A stretch of 63,337 nucleotides of DNA, filler included, from Reclinomonas americana ATCC 50394 (Eukaryota): the NCBI GenBank assembly GCA_048213135.1. It is 4 parts of 3 records of this genome, joined end to end, with 100 filler letters (N's around TTAATTAATTAA, not from the genome) between each part and the next. Parts side by side here need not be neighbours in the genome. Positions count along the whole stretch, not along the records: positions 25,913 to 44,234 come from PS015601.1; positions 44,335 to 59,045 come from PS015601.1; 2 more parts are not named here. One strand, 5' to 3'. The notes below the pieces were generated by a model that was not told the origin of the DNA, made no database searches, and was given only the letters and a program-made list of their open reading frames with translations. The position numbers and the translations under genes were made by a program. Below are positions 40,248-53,300 of this stretch, one piece after another (positions within the stretch are counted from its first letter, which is position 1; each line of letters begins with the position of its first letter).

Positions 40248-43136
40248 TCACGCATGCCGCGAGTCGTCAAGCCGCTGCGGCTTGAGCGCGGCGAGTGCAC
40301 TGCGCACGGCTGGATCGCCGACGACCGGACTGCCCATCTTGTAGTCTACGACAAAGAACGTGGCCAGGAGCGCACTGGCAATGACGGCGGTGACCAGCAA
40401 CATCAAGAAGACGTTGGTGAAGCCAGTCGAAGACGAGCTGAGCAACCCACTCGCCACGTCGAACACGATGGCGGCCAGAGCGCCAAACTGCGCGCAGAAG
40501 CAGTCAGCAACCAAATGCAAGCTGTCAGACACCTCGAACGGAAGCACACCGAGTCCAGCAATCCCGACAAAAAGCCAACGTCCTGCTCTCGCGCCTTGCA
40601 CGAAAACACAGACATTGGCAGCCAGACAGCAGGGGCTGCGAGTATCTCACTGTGAGCTGCTTCGTGCATTTTCTGGGGAGCGCGGCGACAACACAAGACA
40701 GCTCACCGAGCAAGAACCCGTAACCAAAGATCAAGAAGATCGCCATCGGCACAGTCTCAAACGACAGCCCGTTCAACATCCACAAGAGTCCAATGACCGG
40801 GCACAGACCCACTGCACGATGATGAAGAAAAGGGAAAGGTCGGTGATTCATCGAATTGCACACCAATCGACTGTGCCACGAACCAAGCAAGCACGTTACA
40901 AACGCATCACCGGCGTGCGTGTGATGTCGCACCGTCAGCCGATCGATAACAACACCGGCCACAAGTAATGACATCGCCGAGCCTGCGCAAAGCTGCACGG
41001 TAAGCACGTGCGCTGTTGTGACAAGTGTGTTGAGTGAGGAAATCACTCACCACCAGGGAAGACGGCAGTGAATGCCGCTGCCTTGTTCTCGTCCATGTGG
41101 AATGTATCTGCATGTGCGAGGGAGATGAGCGACAGTACGACACGACTGGCCGCGTGCGTACGCAACCGACGAGGAAAAGCGGAACAAACTGGCGCGCCGC
41201 AGCATCAACAACAAGACAAGCAAGCAAGCAAGCAAGCAAACAAGCAAGCAAGCAAGCAGCCAACAAGCAAACAAGCAAACAAAAACACCAGCGACAAACA
41301 GTGGTGAGTGCCACATTCTGCATGTATCAAAAACAATACCGACGCACATCGATGAATTCCCACACAATGGCCGCAGTAGCGAGGAACAGACCTGCACGCT
41401 AAACACCGTCAGCATATCTTTCCGCATCCTCACTTCCCTCCCACCCACTCACCCATGATCCAAAACCGCGGATCTCTGCAGAAGCGACCGAGTGAGCTGG
41501 AGTGCCACCGCTGACAGCACTTGGTGCCGCAGCACCGACGATGCCGTGCATGCAGATCGACGGCAGGCGCCGTCGCCACAAAGGCTGTTGGAATCGTCCC
41601 TTGATTGGAGGGGTGCAGCAGACCGCGCGAGTCGACCGTTGACATTTCTACGGACTGCATCGACGTCAGCGAGAGTACCGTGTCAGGCCGAATGGGCGAT
41701 TCGGCGCCGCGTAGATCCGCCAAGCGTTTCAGCTCGATCTTCACTGGCGACTCCGCGAAACCGGCCCTCTCCGGACTTCCGCGCAGGAACTGCAGTGAAT
41801 TTATCAACAAGGGAATACCTCCGCCTGAGCCAACACTCGATCTCCACTCTCGCTCTTCACTCTCGCTCCCCTCTCGCTTCGCGCTCCTTCCCCTTGTTCG
41901 CTACTGTAGCTTTTCGCTTCCCTGTCTCCCCCCTTCCCCCCGCCCCCGCCTCCCTCACAGCACGCAACAATGGTAGTGGTGGTAGTTGTGACAACCAGCA
42001 CTGTGCCGCAGGTGAAGAACACCTGTTTTAATGCTGTAAGTCCAAGTCCTTCCCCCGCCCACGAATGCCCGCAAACTCACCACACGCCAGCTCACTCCCG
42101 CCGTGAGTAGTGCACCGACGGCCAACTCCGACAGAATGGAACCGACGGCAAAGGCGGTGGAGAAGAGGCCCCACACCCTGCATTCGATCAACTGTCACAC
42201 ATCCAGCACATTCAGTCAGCGTACAGCAGGGGACGCAACTTGCCGTAGCCTGAGGGGAAAATCCAGTTCTGCACGTGCTTTGCGAGTGCTGGCCACGCCA
42301 CCGAGCCCGAGAAGCGAAACACGGCAAAGCTGAGACTGAGGTACGCAAAATTCGGGGACACGCTGAACAGGAAGCAGGCTGTCGCTGGTCCACACACGGC
42401 CACAATCATCGACGCCTGCGCGCACGATTGACAGGTGTCAGACAAGTTCGCCCAGCTCTACTCTGCCCCCTCCCTCCCTCTCTCTCACTCTCGCTGACCT
42501 TGGCGCCGATCATGTCCGACACGAAACCGAGCACAATCTTGCCTGCCACATCGGTCAGATTGCCGACGGCGAGCAGAGTGCCGGCCTCGGCGTTCGAAAA
42601 CGGCTGCCTCATACAGTAAGACACGTGCTGAGAGAGCAATGCTGTGCAGAGAATTCCAACGTCCCACCTGCAGGCCCTTGTCCTCGGTCATCAGCGGCAA
42701 GGCCACGGCGAGACTGGCGCGGGCGAAACACAAACTGCGTGCATGCAGCGCCGTGTGAGTCACACACACTCTTGCACAAACCACTGCAGAAATGCGTGCG
42801 CACCTGGCGTAAGCAATGTACAGGTTGAGGACCACTGCCAGTACCACCGAGTCAGTTAGTCTCGCGACGGAGGGGAACGAATGAGCACCCACACACGCAC
42901 CAATAATCTGCCATCTTCGGAACGACATGTACCGACTGCGCAAATGTTGCATGTGCTCCCCGACGACTGGGAGCGTTGGGGGCTGAGCGTGGGTCATCGG
43001 TGTTGCCGATCGCCGTCCAGCCTCACTCGGCGCCACCACGATAACCTCGGGAATTGGACGGTCGTCTGAGCGGGAGAGAGAGAGAGAGACGACTGAGTTG
43101 GGGAGAGGGAGGCACAACACCTCCTTCGAAACTCAT
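40248..43136 (-). CDS. MFS transporter of the organophosphate:Pi antiporter family (SLC37/G6PT/GlpT/UhpC-like), multi-exon
   Basis: Spliced motifs YIAYASLCFARASLAVALPLM, GTLLAVGNLTDVAGKIVLGFVSDMIGAK, SVAWPALAKHVQNWIFPSGYGK|VWGLFSTAFAVGSILS, SWRV|VF, FLRGSPERAGF, DPRFW, GVVIDRL, with many hydrophobic helices. Confidence 0.8.
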
Positions 43137-44027
43137 GAACTCAAACAGCGATACGAGTTGCCGACCACCTGCATCACAAGTGCTCATGAAAGGCTCTCCA
43201 CTTCATCTTCTTCTACTTCTTTCTCGCTACCTTTGCTCATGTTCGCATTCTCAGGATCGCCGACACATGGAATGACGAGAAGTGCCCATGGTAGGCTCCT
43301 CTTCTACTTCTTCTTCTCACGCTAACGTCTTCTCGAGTTTGACAAGATCGCCGACACAACAAGACAACACCTGATACTCCTCTTCCTCTTCTTTTCTCTG
43401 GCACGACTTCTCATGCTCGCATGCTCCGGACCGCAGACACAAGAATGACAACACCTGTTGCTCATGGCAGGTGTTGCCGACATCCTCCCTCACCTCTTTC
43501 TTCTTCTTTCTCCTTCGCTCACGTCTTCAAGATCGTCGCACAAACATGACCCTGTTGCTCCTCTTCCTCACCCTTTTCTCCTTCTTTTCCCTCTCGCACG
43601 TCTTCTCGAGTTTGTCAAGATCGCCGACACAAGAAACGGCAGGTGTTGCAGACCTTCTTCTCCCTTTCCTCTTCCTCTTTTCTCGTCATCCGTGTCGCTC
43701 GTCTTCTCGTGTTCGCATTCTCAAGATCGCTTCGCATCACGACAACTGCTGCTCATGACAAGTGTCTTCGTTCTCCTCTTCTCCTCCTCTTCCTCCTTCT
43801 CTTCTCCTCGCTTCTCCCATTCTCTCGCACACACAAAGACAAGTCTCGCCAACAAAGCGAATCTCCACTCCCCATCTCCCCCCACACCCACTCCTCATCC
43901 CTCCTTCACCACTCCACCCTTTCCCTCTCATCTCCTCTCCACCTCCTCACCTCCAAACGACAGCGACGATACCGACGTCAAAGATTCGCCGCTTCCTCCC
44001 CCGCGACCACCATCATTCGCATCTCCC

Positions 44028-44191
44028 ATGACCACCACAGTCGATGCACCCGCACCAGCAGCAGGAACAGTCACAGCAGCAGCAACAGGAGGAGGAGGAG
44101 GCGCAACAACAACAGGAGCACTGCCTCTACTTGCAGCAGCAGTTGTCGCCTCATCGTCATCCACAGCCGCTGTCATGCAAGTATCATCAAA
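44028..44191 (+). CDS. Possible low-complexity exon at the contig end; reading frame ambiguous
   Basis: ATG at 44028 (MTTTVDAPAPAAG...) ends at A|GTGAGT; a Q/E-rich alternative frame is also open. Confidence 0.3.
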
Positions 44192-44278
44192 GTGAGTCTC
44201 ACGAGACACGCAGGCGCAAGAGAGAGAGACGATCNNNNNNNNNNNNNNNNNNNNNNNNNNNNNNNNNNNNNNNNNNNN

Positions 44279-44290
44279 TTAATTAATTAA
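44279..44290. other. Artificial contig-joining spacer
   Basis: TTAATTAATTAA between N44 runs. Confidence 0.95.
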
Positions 44291-44334
44291 NNNNNNNNNN
44301 NNNNNNNNNNNNNNNNNNNNNNNNNNNNNNNNNN

Positions 44335-47300
44335 TGCCTCGTCGGAGGAGGAAGAGGGACGACGACGCACCACGCGTGGTAAGGTGGTGGAGGACGATGG
44401 GCCGTTTGTGGTGTTGAATACGCATGCGCGCCGGCCGCTGGCGGGGTCGACGGGAGTGGGCGTGGTGCCGCTGCGGCCGGGTCTGCTCACTGCGGCGAGT
44501 CTGTCGGCGCGTGATGCGGGTCTCATGCAGCAGCAGCAGCAGCAGCAGGCGGCAGAGGCGATGCGTGGGGGCGTGCGACTGGGTCCACGTCCGGTCACTG
44601 ATATCTCGTTCCAGTTGCCGCCGACGTTTGCGTTGCCGCCACTGCCCAGAGTTTCGTGCACGTCCTTTGTTGGTTTTGCGGTTGTGAAGCCTCACTTCGT
44701 GTGCCGTGTCCACTCCCCCCAACAGCCACCACAGCCACCTGGAGCTCTCGAAGGCAACGCGTATCTGGGCCTGTCACCGCCGCTTCCCAATCGTCTCATG
44801 TCGCCGTATGCAGGTGCGCCAAACAAACCATTCATGCAAACCTCTCTCCTCCTCTTGCATGCCTCACACTCGAATCACATGACAGAGGAAGGCGGTGCTG
44901 GCGGCGAGACGCGCTCACCCTCCATCTACTCGCCGCAAGTTCGCTACTTCCCGCGCAGTCTGACCGCAGGCGTCGGTTCACGCACGCCGAATTTTGACGA
45001 AGACTCCTCGGCGGACTCGCTGGGCATGACCCCGCGCACCGCTGCCCTATCACCGCCCGATTTGGCGTTCCAGGCGGCTTCACCGCCCGCCGCAGTGGCC
45101 CTGCGACGAGCAGCCGCGGCGGCAGCAGAAAAAGACACCCCGACTCGGCGACATCGGCTGTGCATCACGTGGCTGTGGGTCGCATGGGTCCTGCTTCTCA
45201 TCGGCTGTGGTATCGCCTTCTTCTTTGTGTGGCGCATACATCGCGATCAAGTGACATACAGCACCACGTCCAATACGGTGCGAATCGATTCAAGCGCCAC
45301 GTTGCGTTGTCTTGCTTTGCGTGTATTTCCTGGCACGCACCTTGCTGACGTACTGACTGCTTCCCGCACCACAGTGTCAGCGGTAATCTCACTGTAGCTA
45401 ATAATTCACTCGTTGTCGATGCAACGAGTTCGCGAGTCGGTGTGGGAACCAGCAATCCAACCAAGAGTCTAGATGTGAGTCCGCCCAGTCCCGATTGCAC
45501 AGTGCACCACGCGCGCATTGCTAATGGTGCGCGTCGATGTAGGTGGGTGGCGGCATACAAGCCAATGGTGGCACTCCGTCCGATTCGGGCGGTAATGTGG
45601 GCTACACGTTCAATACGGCCTCGTCATCGTCGTCCGCGTCTCCGACCGGTCTGTTTGCCAGCCGGTTGACCACCACAAACTCGTCGCCGGTGGCGACCAC
45701 CGTGCCTTCGGCACCGAGCGAACGAGGCGCGAGCTCTGGCTCCACAGCATTTGTGGGAGGTACACATTTCGTATCTGCTGTTGCTCCTCGCTCTCTGCCA
45801 GTCACCAACGTGCACCCTCCGACCAGCTCACGATGCGCCTACAATTTCCTCACGCGGTAGCCATGTGCCGTCACCCTCACCCTCACCCTCATCATCATCA
45901 TCATCGTCCTCCTCGTCAACATTCAACGCAGGCGGTGTCCCACCGTCGGTCGCCTCCGGTGCTGTGACAACGACGTCGGAGACCGCGATGGCTGCGTCTC
46001 AGCCGAGTGCTCATTTCCGTGGAGGTGTGTCACACACACACAGCTCCTTCGCTGCAGTTGGTGACGTGTTCGTATTGACGTTCATGTTTATTCCTGTCCG
46101 CCGTAGACACAGAAGCCAGTCCCCGCAGCACCGATGCAATGTCTCGGTCAGCGCCGGGGAGCACTCGAGGCGGATCACTATCGTCCCGTGGTTCGTACTT
46201 TTTTGCGCCACAGCAACATCGCACCTGCTGATGGTCGCCATTACTGTCCTCACTTTCTACCCTCTGCGTCGCTCGCTGTTGCAGCACCCACCACTCACCC
46301 TGTTATGAGTTTGGTGGTCTCCGGCACCGAAATGCTGCGCGTATCAAAAGAAGACAGCAGCAACACTCAATACTGGCACATGGTGGCAAATGGAAGTGCG
46401 TACATTGGCGGCTCTACTCTGGCTCTCGGTCGCCGCTCGGAGGCCGTGGACTCGGTCTCCACCTCCAACTTGGCGGACTCGTATGGTCTTGCGCGAGCAA
46501 TGCAAGTCATCTACGCCACATCGACACAGCCGACTCTGGTGCTCAATTATCAGGAGGACTTTAGTGGTGGTACGTCCTTTTTCTCACCACGCTTGCCAAC
46601 ATGTGCGTGTGCGTGTGTATAACCATGGTGCGCGCTCTGTGTTTGTGTGTGCAGGCCTCCAAGTCGGCAATCGCGCTCTCAAAATCCAACCGCTTACCGG
46701 GTACACCAGCTTTGGTCACTTGAACCCACGCGCTCAGATCGATGTGGCCGGTGGCGTGCGAGTCAACAAGGGCGTGACGAACGACCCGTCGACTTCGAAT
46801 GCTGGTTATTCCTTCGAATCGGACGCACTCACCGGCATGTTTGCCATTGGTACGTACGTGTGCATGCCACCGATAGTTTTTCATCAACGCCACGCTTTTC
46901 TTGCTGCTCACTCCGTTGTGTTGCGTGGTACAGGCGGCACCGCGGCGGACAGCAGCGTATTGACATTGTCGAATCAAGGCGTTGGGCGCATAATGGTGCC
47001 GCCGAACACGGGCACTGCAGTCCTCGTATCCGGCGACTTTAGCGTCGGCGGATCGACGCTTCGTCTCGGTTTGGGCTCGCAGGCCGCCAGCGCAGCAAGC
47101 AATCGCGCTCTCACAGCCTCCGGTCTCAAGCTGTCTCTGAATCCGGTGGGCGACTTTAATCTTGCGGTCATTGGATACGGTGTCGATGGCGCGGGACTTG
47201 TCCGTGTGCACGAAGCCCTGTCGTCGACGGACATGACGCTGGAGGTGTTTGGTGGAGTTCGAGCTGCCACGTCGTACCCTGCGTCGACTTTGGACGCCGG

Positions 47301-50300
47301 GTATTCGTTTGTCAACTTCCCGGCTACCGGCATGTTTTCTCCTGGTGAGCATCTACAATTTTACGCGCATGTGCTACNNNNNNNNNNNNNNNNNNNNNNN
47401 NNNNNNNNNNNNNNNNNNNNNNNNNNNNNNNNNNNNNNNNNNNNNNNNNNNNNNNNNNNNNNNNNNNNNNNNNNNNNNNNNNNNNNNNNNNNNNNNNNNN
47501 NNNNNNNNNNNNNNNNNNNNNNNNNNNNNNNNNNNNNNNNNNNNNNNNNNNNNNNNNNNNNNNNNNNNNNNNNNNNNNNNNNNNNNNNNNNNNNNNNNNN
47601 NNNNNNNNNNNNNNNNNNNNNNNNNNNNNNNNNNNNNNNNNNNNNNNNNNNNNNNNNNNNNNNNNNNNNNNNNNNNNNNNNNNNNNNNNNNNNNNNNNNN
47701 NNNNNNNNNNNNNNNNNNNNNNNNNNNNNNNNNNNNNNNNNNNNNNNNNNNNNNNNNNNNNNNNNNNNNNNNNNNNNNNNNNNNNNNNNNNNNNNNNNNN
47801 NNNNNNNNNNNNNNNNNNNNNNNNNNNNNNNNNNNNNNNNNNNNNNNNNNNNNNNNNNNNNNNNNNNNNNNNNNNNNNNNNNNNNNNNNNNNNNNNNNNN
47901 NNNNNNNNNNNNNNNNNNNNNNNNNNNNNNNNNNNNNNNNNNNNNNNNNNNNNNNTTGGATTTTCACTCGACACGACGACACCAACTGGCCTCTATGTTG
48001 ACAGTTATGTACTCGCGCGCTGCATCAACAACACGGTCTCGGACACCTGAATGCTAAATCTTGTTACTCTTGCATGTGCAGATGCCACTGTGGGCGACCT
48101 GGTGTTGCTGAGCCACGGCCTGGATGTCCTCCGCCTGGTGACTGCAGGCTCAACCACTCTCCGACTATTCACTCGTGATTTTGTCAGCGTAAGCGGCGCT
48201 GGAGATCTGAGTCTGGCCGATGGCTTTGGAGACGTTGTATTACAGACGAATCGCATGGTTTGTGTTTTTGACTTACGTGCGGTCGTTTGATGGAGTGCTC
48301 ACTCTTGTATTGGTGCAGGTGGTCCGCGCAGCCACTGGTTTCGTCGGTTTTGGCGTGACGAACCCGTCGTCAACTGTGCATGCTGTCGGTGGCGTGCGCG
48401 CTGGCAAGGGTGCACCAACTAGCGACAATAGCAATGCCGGCTTCTCGTTCTCGCAAGACGGCGACACAGGAATCTTTGCTGTTGGAGGTACGAGCGATGC
48501 TCATTGTGCCGATACTTTGTCCTTGCTGATCAGTCGCTGACTGTGTGCGAATGTTACTACAGGCGATGCGTCGTCGGGCAGCGAGATACAAATGATTGTG
48601 GATGGCGTAGTCCGTCTGCGCATTCCAGCGGCGTCGACTTCGCCAGTGCGTATCGAAGGAGATCTCGTTGTCACTGGTCTCGCAACTGGAGGCAGTTTCA
48701 CAACAGCAGGCACAGTTGCAGCAGCTGGCTTGATTACCGGCGGCAGTGTGACGACGACCGGCAGCGTCCAATCGGGCACTGTGAGCTCGTTCGGTCTGGT
48801 CAGCGGCGGCAGTGTGACGACAACCGGCAGCATGCAAGCCGGCACGATCAGCACCGGCTCGACGGTTGTTGCTGGCGGTTTGATCACTGGTGGCAGTGTG
48901 ACAACTGCTGGTTATCTGCAGTCCGGCACTGTGAGCTCGTTCGGCTTGGTCAGCGGCGGCAGTGTGACGACAACCGGCAGCATGCAGGCGGGCACGATCA
49001 GCACCGGCTCGACTGTAATTGCCGGCGGGTTGATTACTGGCGGCAGCGTGACGACTGCTGGTTATCTGCAGTCTGGCACTGTGAGCTCGTTCGGTTTGGT
49101 CAGCGCTGGAAGCTTCACCACCACGGGAAGCATGCAAGCAGGCACGATTAGCACCGGCTCGACTGTGACGGCCGGCGGCCTGATCACTGGTGGCAGTGTG
49201 ACGACTGCTGGTTATCTCCAGTCGGGTACTGTGAGCTCGTTCGGTTTGGTCAGTGCCGGTAGCTTCACCACCACGGGAAGCATGCAGGCTGGCACGATCA
49301 GCACCGGCTCGACTGTGATTGCCGGCGGTTTGATTACTGGCGGCAGTGTGACGACGGCTGGTTATCTGCAGTCTGGCACTGTGAGCTCGTTCGGTTTGGT
49401 CAGCGCTGGAAGCTTCACCACCACGGGAAGCATGCAAGGAGGCACCATTAGCACCGGTTCGACTGTGACGGCCGGCGGCCTGATCACTGGCGGCAGTGTG
49501 ACGACTGCTGGTTATCTCCAGTCGGGTACTGTGAGCTCGTTCGGCTTGGTCAGCGGAGGCAGTGTGACGACGACTGGCAGCATGCAAGCCGGCATGATCA
49601 GCACCGGCTCGACGGTTGTTGCCGGTGGCTTGATCACTGGCGGCAGCGTGACGACGGCAGGCAGCATGCAGTCGGGTACTGTGAGCTCGTTCGGCCTGGT
49701 CAGCGGAGGCAGTCTCACCACCACGGGAAGCATGCAAGCTGGCACCATTAGCACTGGCTCGACTGTGACGGCCGGCGGACTGATCACTGGTGGCAGCGTG
49801 ACGACAGCGGGTTATCTGCAGTCGGGCACTGTGAGCTCATTCGGTTTGGTAAGTGGCGGCAGTGTGACGACAGCCGGCAGCATGCAAGCTGGCACGATCA
49901 GCACCGGCTCGACTGTGACGGCCGGCGGCTTGATCACTGGTGGTAGTGTGACGACGGCAGGCAGTATGCAGTCTGGCACTGTGAGCTCGTTTGGTCTGGT
50001 CAGCGCTGGAAGCTTCACCACCACGGGAAGCATGCAGGCTGGCACCATCAGCACCGGTTCGACGGTTGTTGCCGGCGGCTTGATCACCGGCGGCAGTGTG
50101 ACAACTGCTGGTTACCTTCAGTCAGGCACTGTGAGCTCGTTCGGTTTGGTAAGTGGCGGCAGTTTGACGACAGCCGGCAGCATGCAAGCTGGCACGATCA
50201 GCACCGGCTCGACGGTTGTTGCCGGTGGCTTGATTACCGGCGGCAGTGTGACGACGGCTGGTTACCTCCAGTCTGGTACTGTGAGTTCGTTCGGTTTGGT

Positions 50301-53300
50301 CAGCGCTGGAAGCTTCACCACCACGGGTAGCATGCAAGCAGGCACGATCAGCACTGGCTCGACTGTGACGGCCGGCGGCTTGATCACTGGTGGTAGTGTG
50401 ACGACTGCTGGTTATCTGCAGTCTGGCACTGTGAGCTCATTCGGTTTGGTGAGCGGAGGCAGTCTCACGACGACGGGCAGCATGCAAGCAGGCACCATCA
50501 GCACTGGCTCGACGGTTGTTGCCGGTGGCTTGATCACTGGCGGCAGCGTGACGACGGCGGGTTATCTGCAGTCGGGCACTGTGAGCTCATTCGGCCTGGT
50601 CAGTGCCGGTAGCTTCACCACCACGGGAAGCATGCAAGCAGGCACCATCAGCACCGGTTCGACGGTTGTTGCCGGTGGCTTGATCACTGGCGGCAGCGTG
50701 ACGACGGCGGGTTATCTCCAGTCGGGTACTGTGAGCTCGTTCGGCTTGGTCAGCGGCGGCAGCGTGACGACGACGGGAAGCATGCAAGCCGGTACGATTA
50801 GCACCGGTTCGACGGTGATTGCCGGCGGACTGATCACCGGCGGCAGCGTGACGACTGCTGGTTATCTGCAGTCTGGCACTGTGAGCTCATTCGGTCTGGT
50901 CAGCGCTGGAAGCTTCACCACCACGGGAAGCATGCAAGCAGGCACGATCAGCACCGGCTCGACTGTGACGGCTGGCGGCTTGATCACCGGCGGCAGCGTG
51001 ACGACGGCGGGCAGCATGCAGTCTGGCACTGTGAGTTCGTTCGGGTTGGTGAGCGCCGGAAGCTTCACCACCACGGGTAGCATGCAAGCAGGCACCATCA
51101 GCACCGGCTCGACTGTGACGGCCGGCGGACTGATCACTGGTGGCAGTGTGACGACGGCGGGCAGCATGCAGTCGGGCACAGTGAGCTCGTTCGGTTTGGT
51201 GAGCGGAGGCAGTCTCACGACGACGGGCAGCATGCAAGCAGGCACCATCAGCACCGGCTCGACTGTGACGGCTGGCGGCTTGATCACTGGTGGTAGTGTG
51301 ACGACTGCTGGTTATCTGCAGTCTGGCACTGTGAGCTCGTTTGGTCTGGTCAGCGCTGGAAGCTTCACCACGACGGGAAGCATGCAAGCAGGCACGATCA
51401 GCACCGGCTCGACGGTTGTTGCCGGCGGACTTATCACTGGCGGCAGCGTGACGACGGCAGGCAGTATGCAGTCGGGCACTGTGAGCTCATTCGGGTTGGT
51501 GAGCGCCGGTAGCTTCACCACCACGGGCAGCATGCAAGCTGGCACGATCAGCACTGGCTCGACGGTTGTTGCCGGCGGTATGATCACCGGCGGCAGTGTG
51601 ACGACGGCTGGTTATCTGCAGTCCGGCACTGTGAGTTCGTTCGGGTTGGTCAGCGGAGGCAGTCTCACCACCACGGGAAGCATGCAAGCAGGCACGATCA
51701 GCACCGGCTCGACTGTGACGGCTGGCGGCTTGATCACCGGCGGCAGCGTGACGACGGCTGGTTACCTCCAGTCCGGCACTGTGAGCTCGTTCGGCCTGGT
51801 CAGCGGCGGCAGTTTGACGACAGCCGGCATCATGCAAGCCGGCACGATCAGCACCGGCTCGACGGTTGTTGCCGGTGGCTTGATCACTGGTGGCAGCGTG
51901 ACGACGGCAGGCAGCATGCAGTCGGGTACTGTGAGCTCATTCGGTCTGGTCAGCGCTGGAAGCTTCACCACGACGGGCAGCATGCAAGCAGGCGTCATCA
52001 GCACCGGTTCGACTGTGACGGCCGGCGGACTGATCACTGGCGGCAGCGTGACGACAGCGGGTTATCTGCAGTCTGGCACTGTGAGCTCGTTCGGTTTGGT
52101 GAGCGCCGGTAGCTTCACCACCACGGGCAGCATGCAAGCCGGCACGATCAGCACTGGCTCGACTGTGACGGCCGGCGGACTGATCACCGGCGGCAGCGTG
52201 ACGACGGCAGGCAGCATGCAGTCGGGCACTGTGAGCTCGTTCGGTTTGGTAAGCGGCGGCAGTCTCACGACGACGGGCAGCATGCAAGCGGGCACGATCA
52301 GCACCGGCTCGACGGTTGTTGCCGGCGGACTTATCACTGGCGGCAGTGTGACAACTGCTGGTTATCTCCAGTCGGGCACTGTGAGCTCATTCGGGTTGGT
52401 GAGCGCCGGTAGCTTCACCACCACGGGAAGCATGCAAGCTGGCACCATCAGCACCGGCTCGACTGTGACGGCTGGCGGCTTGATCACCGGCGGCAGCGTG
52501 ACGACGGCAGGCAGTATGCAGTCGGGCACTGTGAGCTCATTCGGGTTGGTGAGCGCCGGTAGCTTCACCACCACGGGAAGCATGCAGGCTGGCACGATCA
52601 GCACCGGCTCGACTGTGACGGCCGGCGGCTTGATCACCGGCGGCAGCGTGACGACGGCGGGTTACCTCCAGTCGGGCACTGTGAGCTCATTCGGGTTGGT
52701 GAGCGGAGGCAGTCTCACGACGACGGGCAGCATGCAAGCTGGCACGATCAGCACCGGCTCGACTGTGACAGCTGGTGGCTTGATCACTGGTGGCAGTGTG
52801 ACGACGGCTGGTTACCTCCAGTCCGGCACTGTGAGCTCGTTTGGCTTGGTCAGCGGAGGCAGTGTGACGACGACGGGCAGCATGCAAGCCGGCACGATCA
52901 GCACCGGCTCGACGGTTGTTGCCGGTGGCTTGATCACTGGTGGCAGCGTGACGACGGCGGGTAGCATGCAGTCGGGCACTGTGAGCTCATTCGGTCTGGT
53001 CAGCGCTGGAAGCTTCACCACCACGGGCAGCATGCAAGCAGGCACCATCAGCACTGGCTCGACGGTTGTTGCTGGCGGTTTGATCACCGGCGGCAGCGTG
53101 ACAACTGCTGGTTATCTGCAGTCCGGCACTGTGAGCGCCTTCGGCTTGGTCAGTGCTGGTAGTTTCACCACCACGGGCAGCATGCAAGCGGGCACGATCA
53201 GCACTGGTTCGACTGTGACGGCCGGCGGACTTATCACTGGCGGCAGTGTGACGACGGCTGGTTATCTGCAGTCGGGTACTGTGAGCTCATTCGGGTTGGT

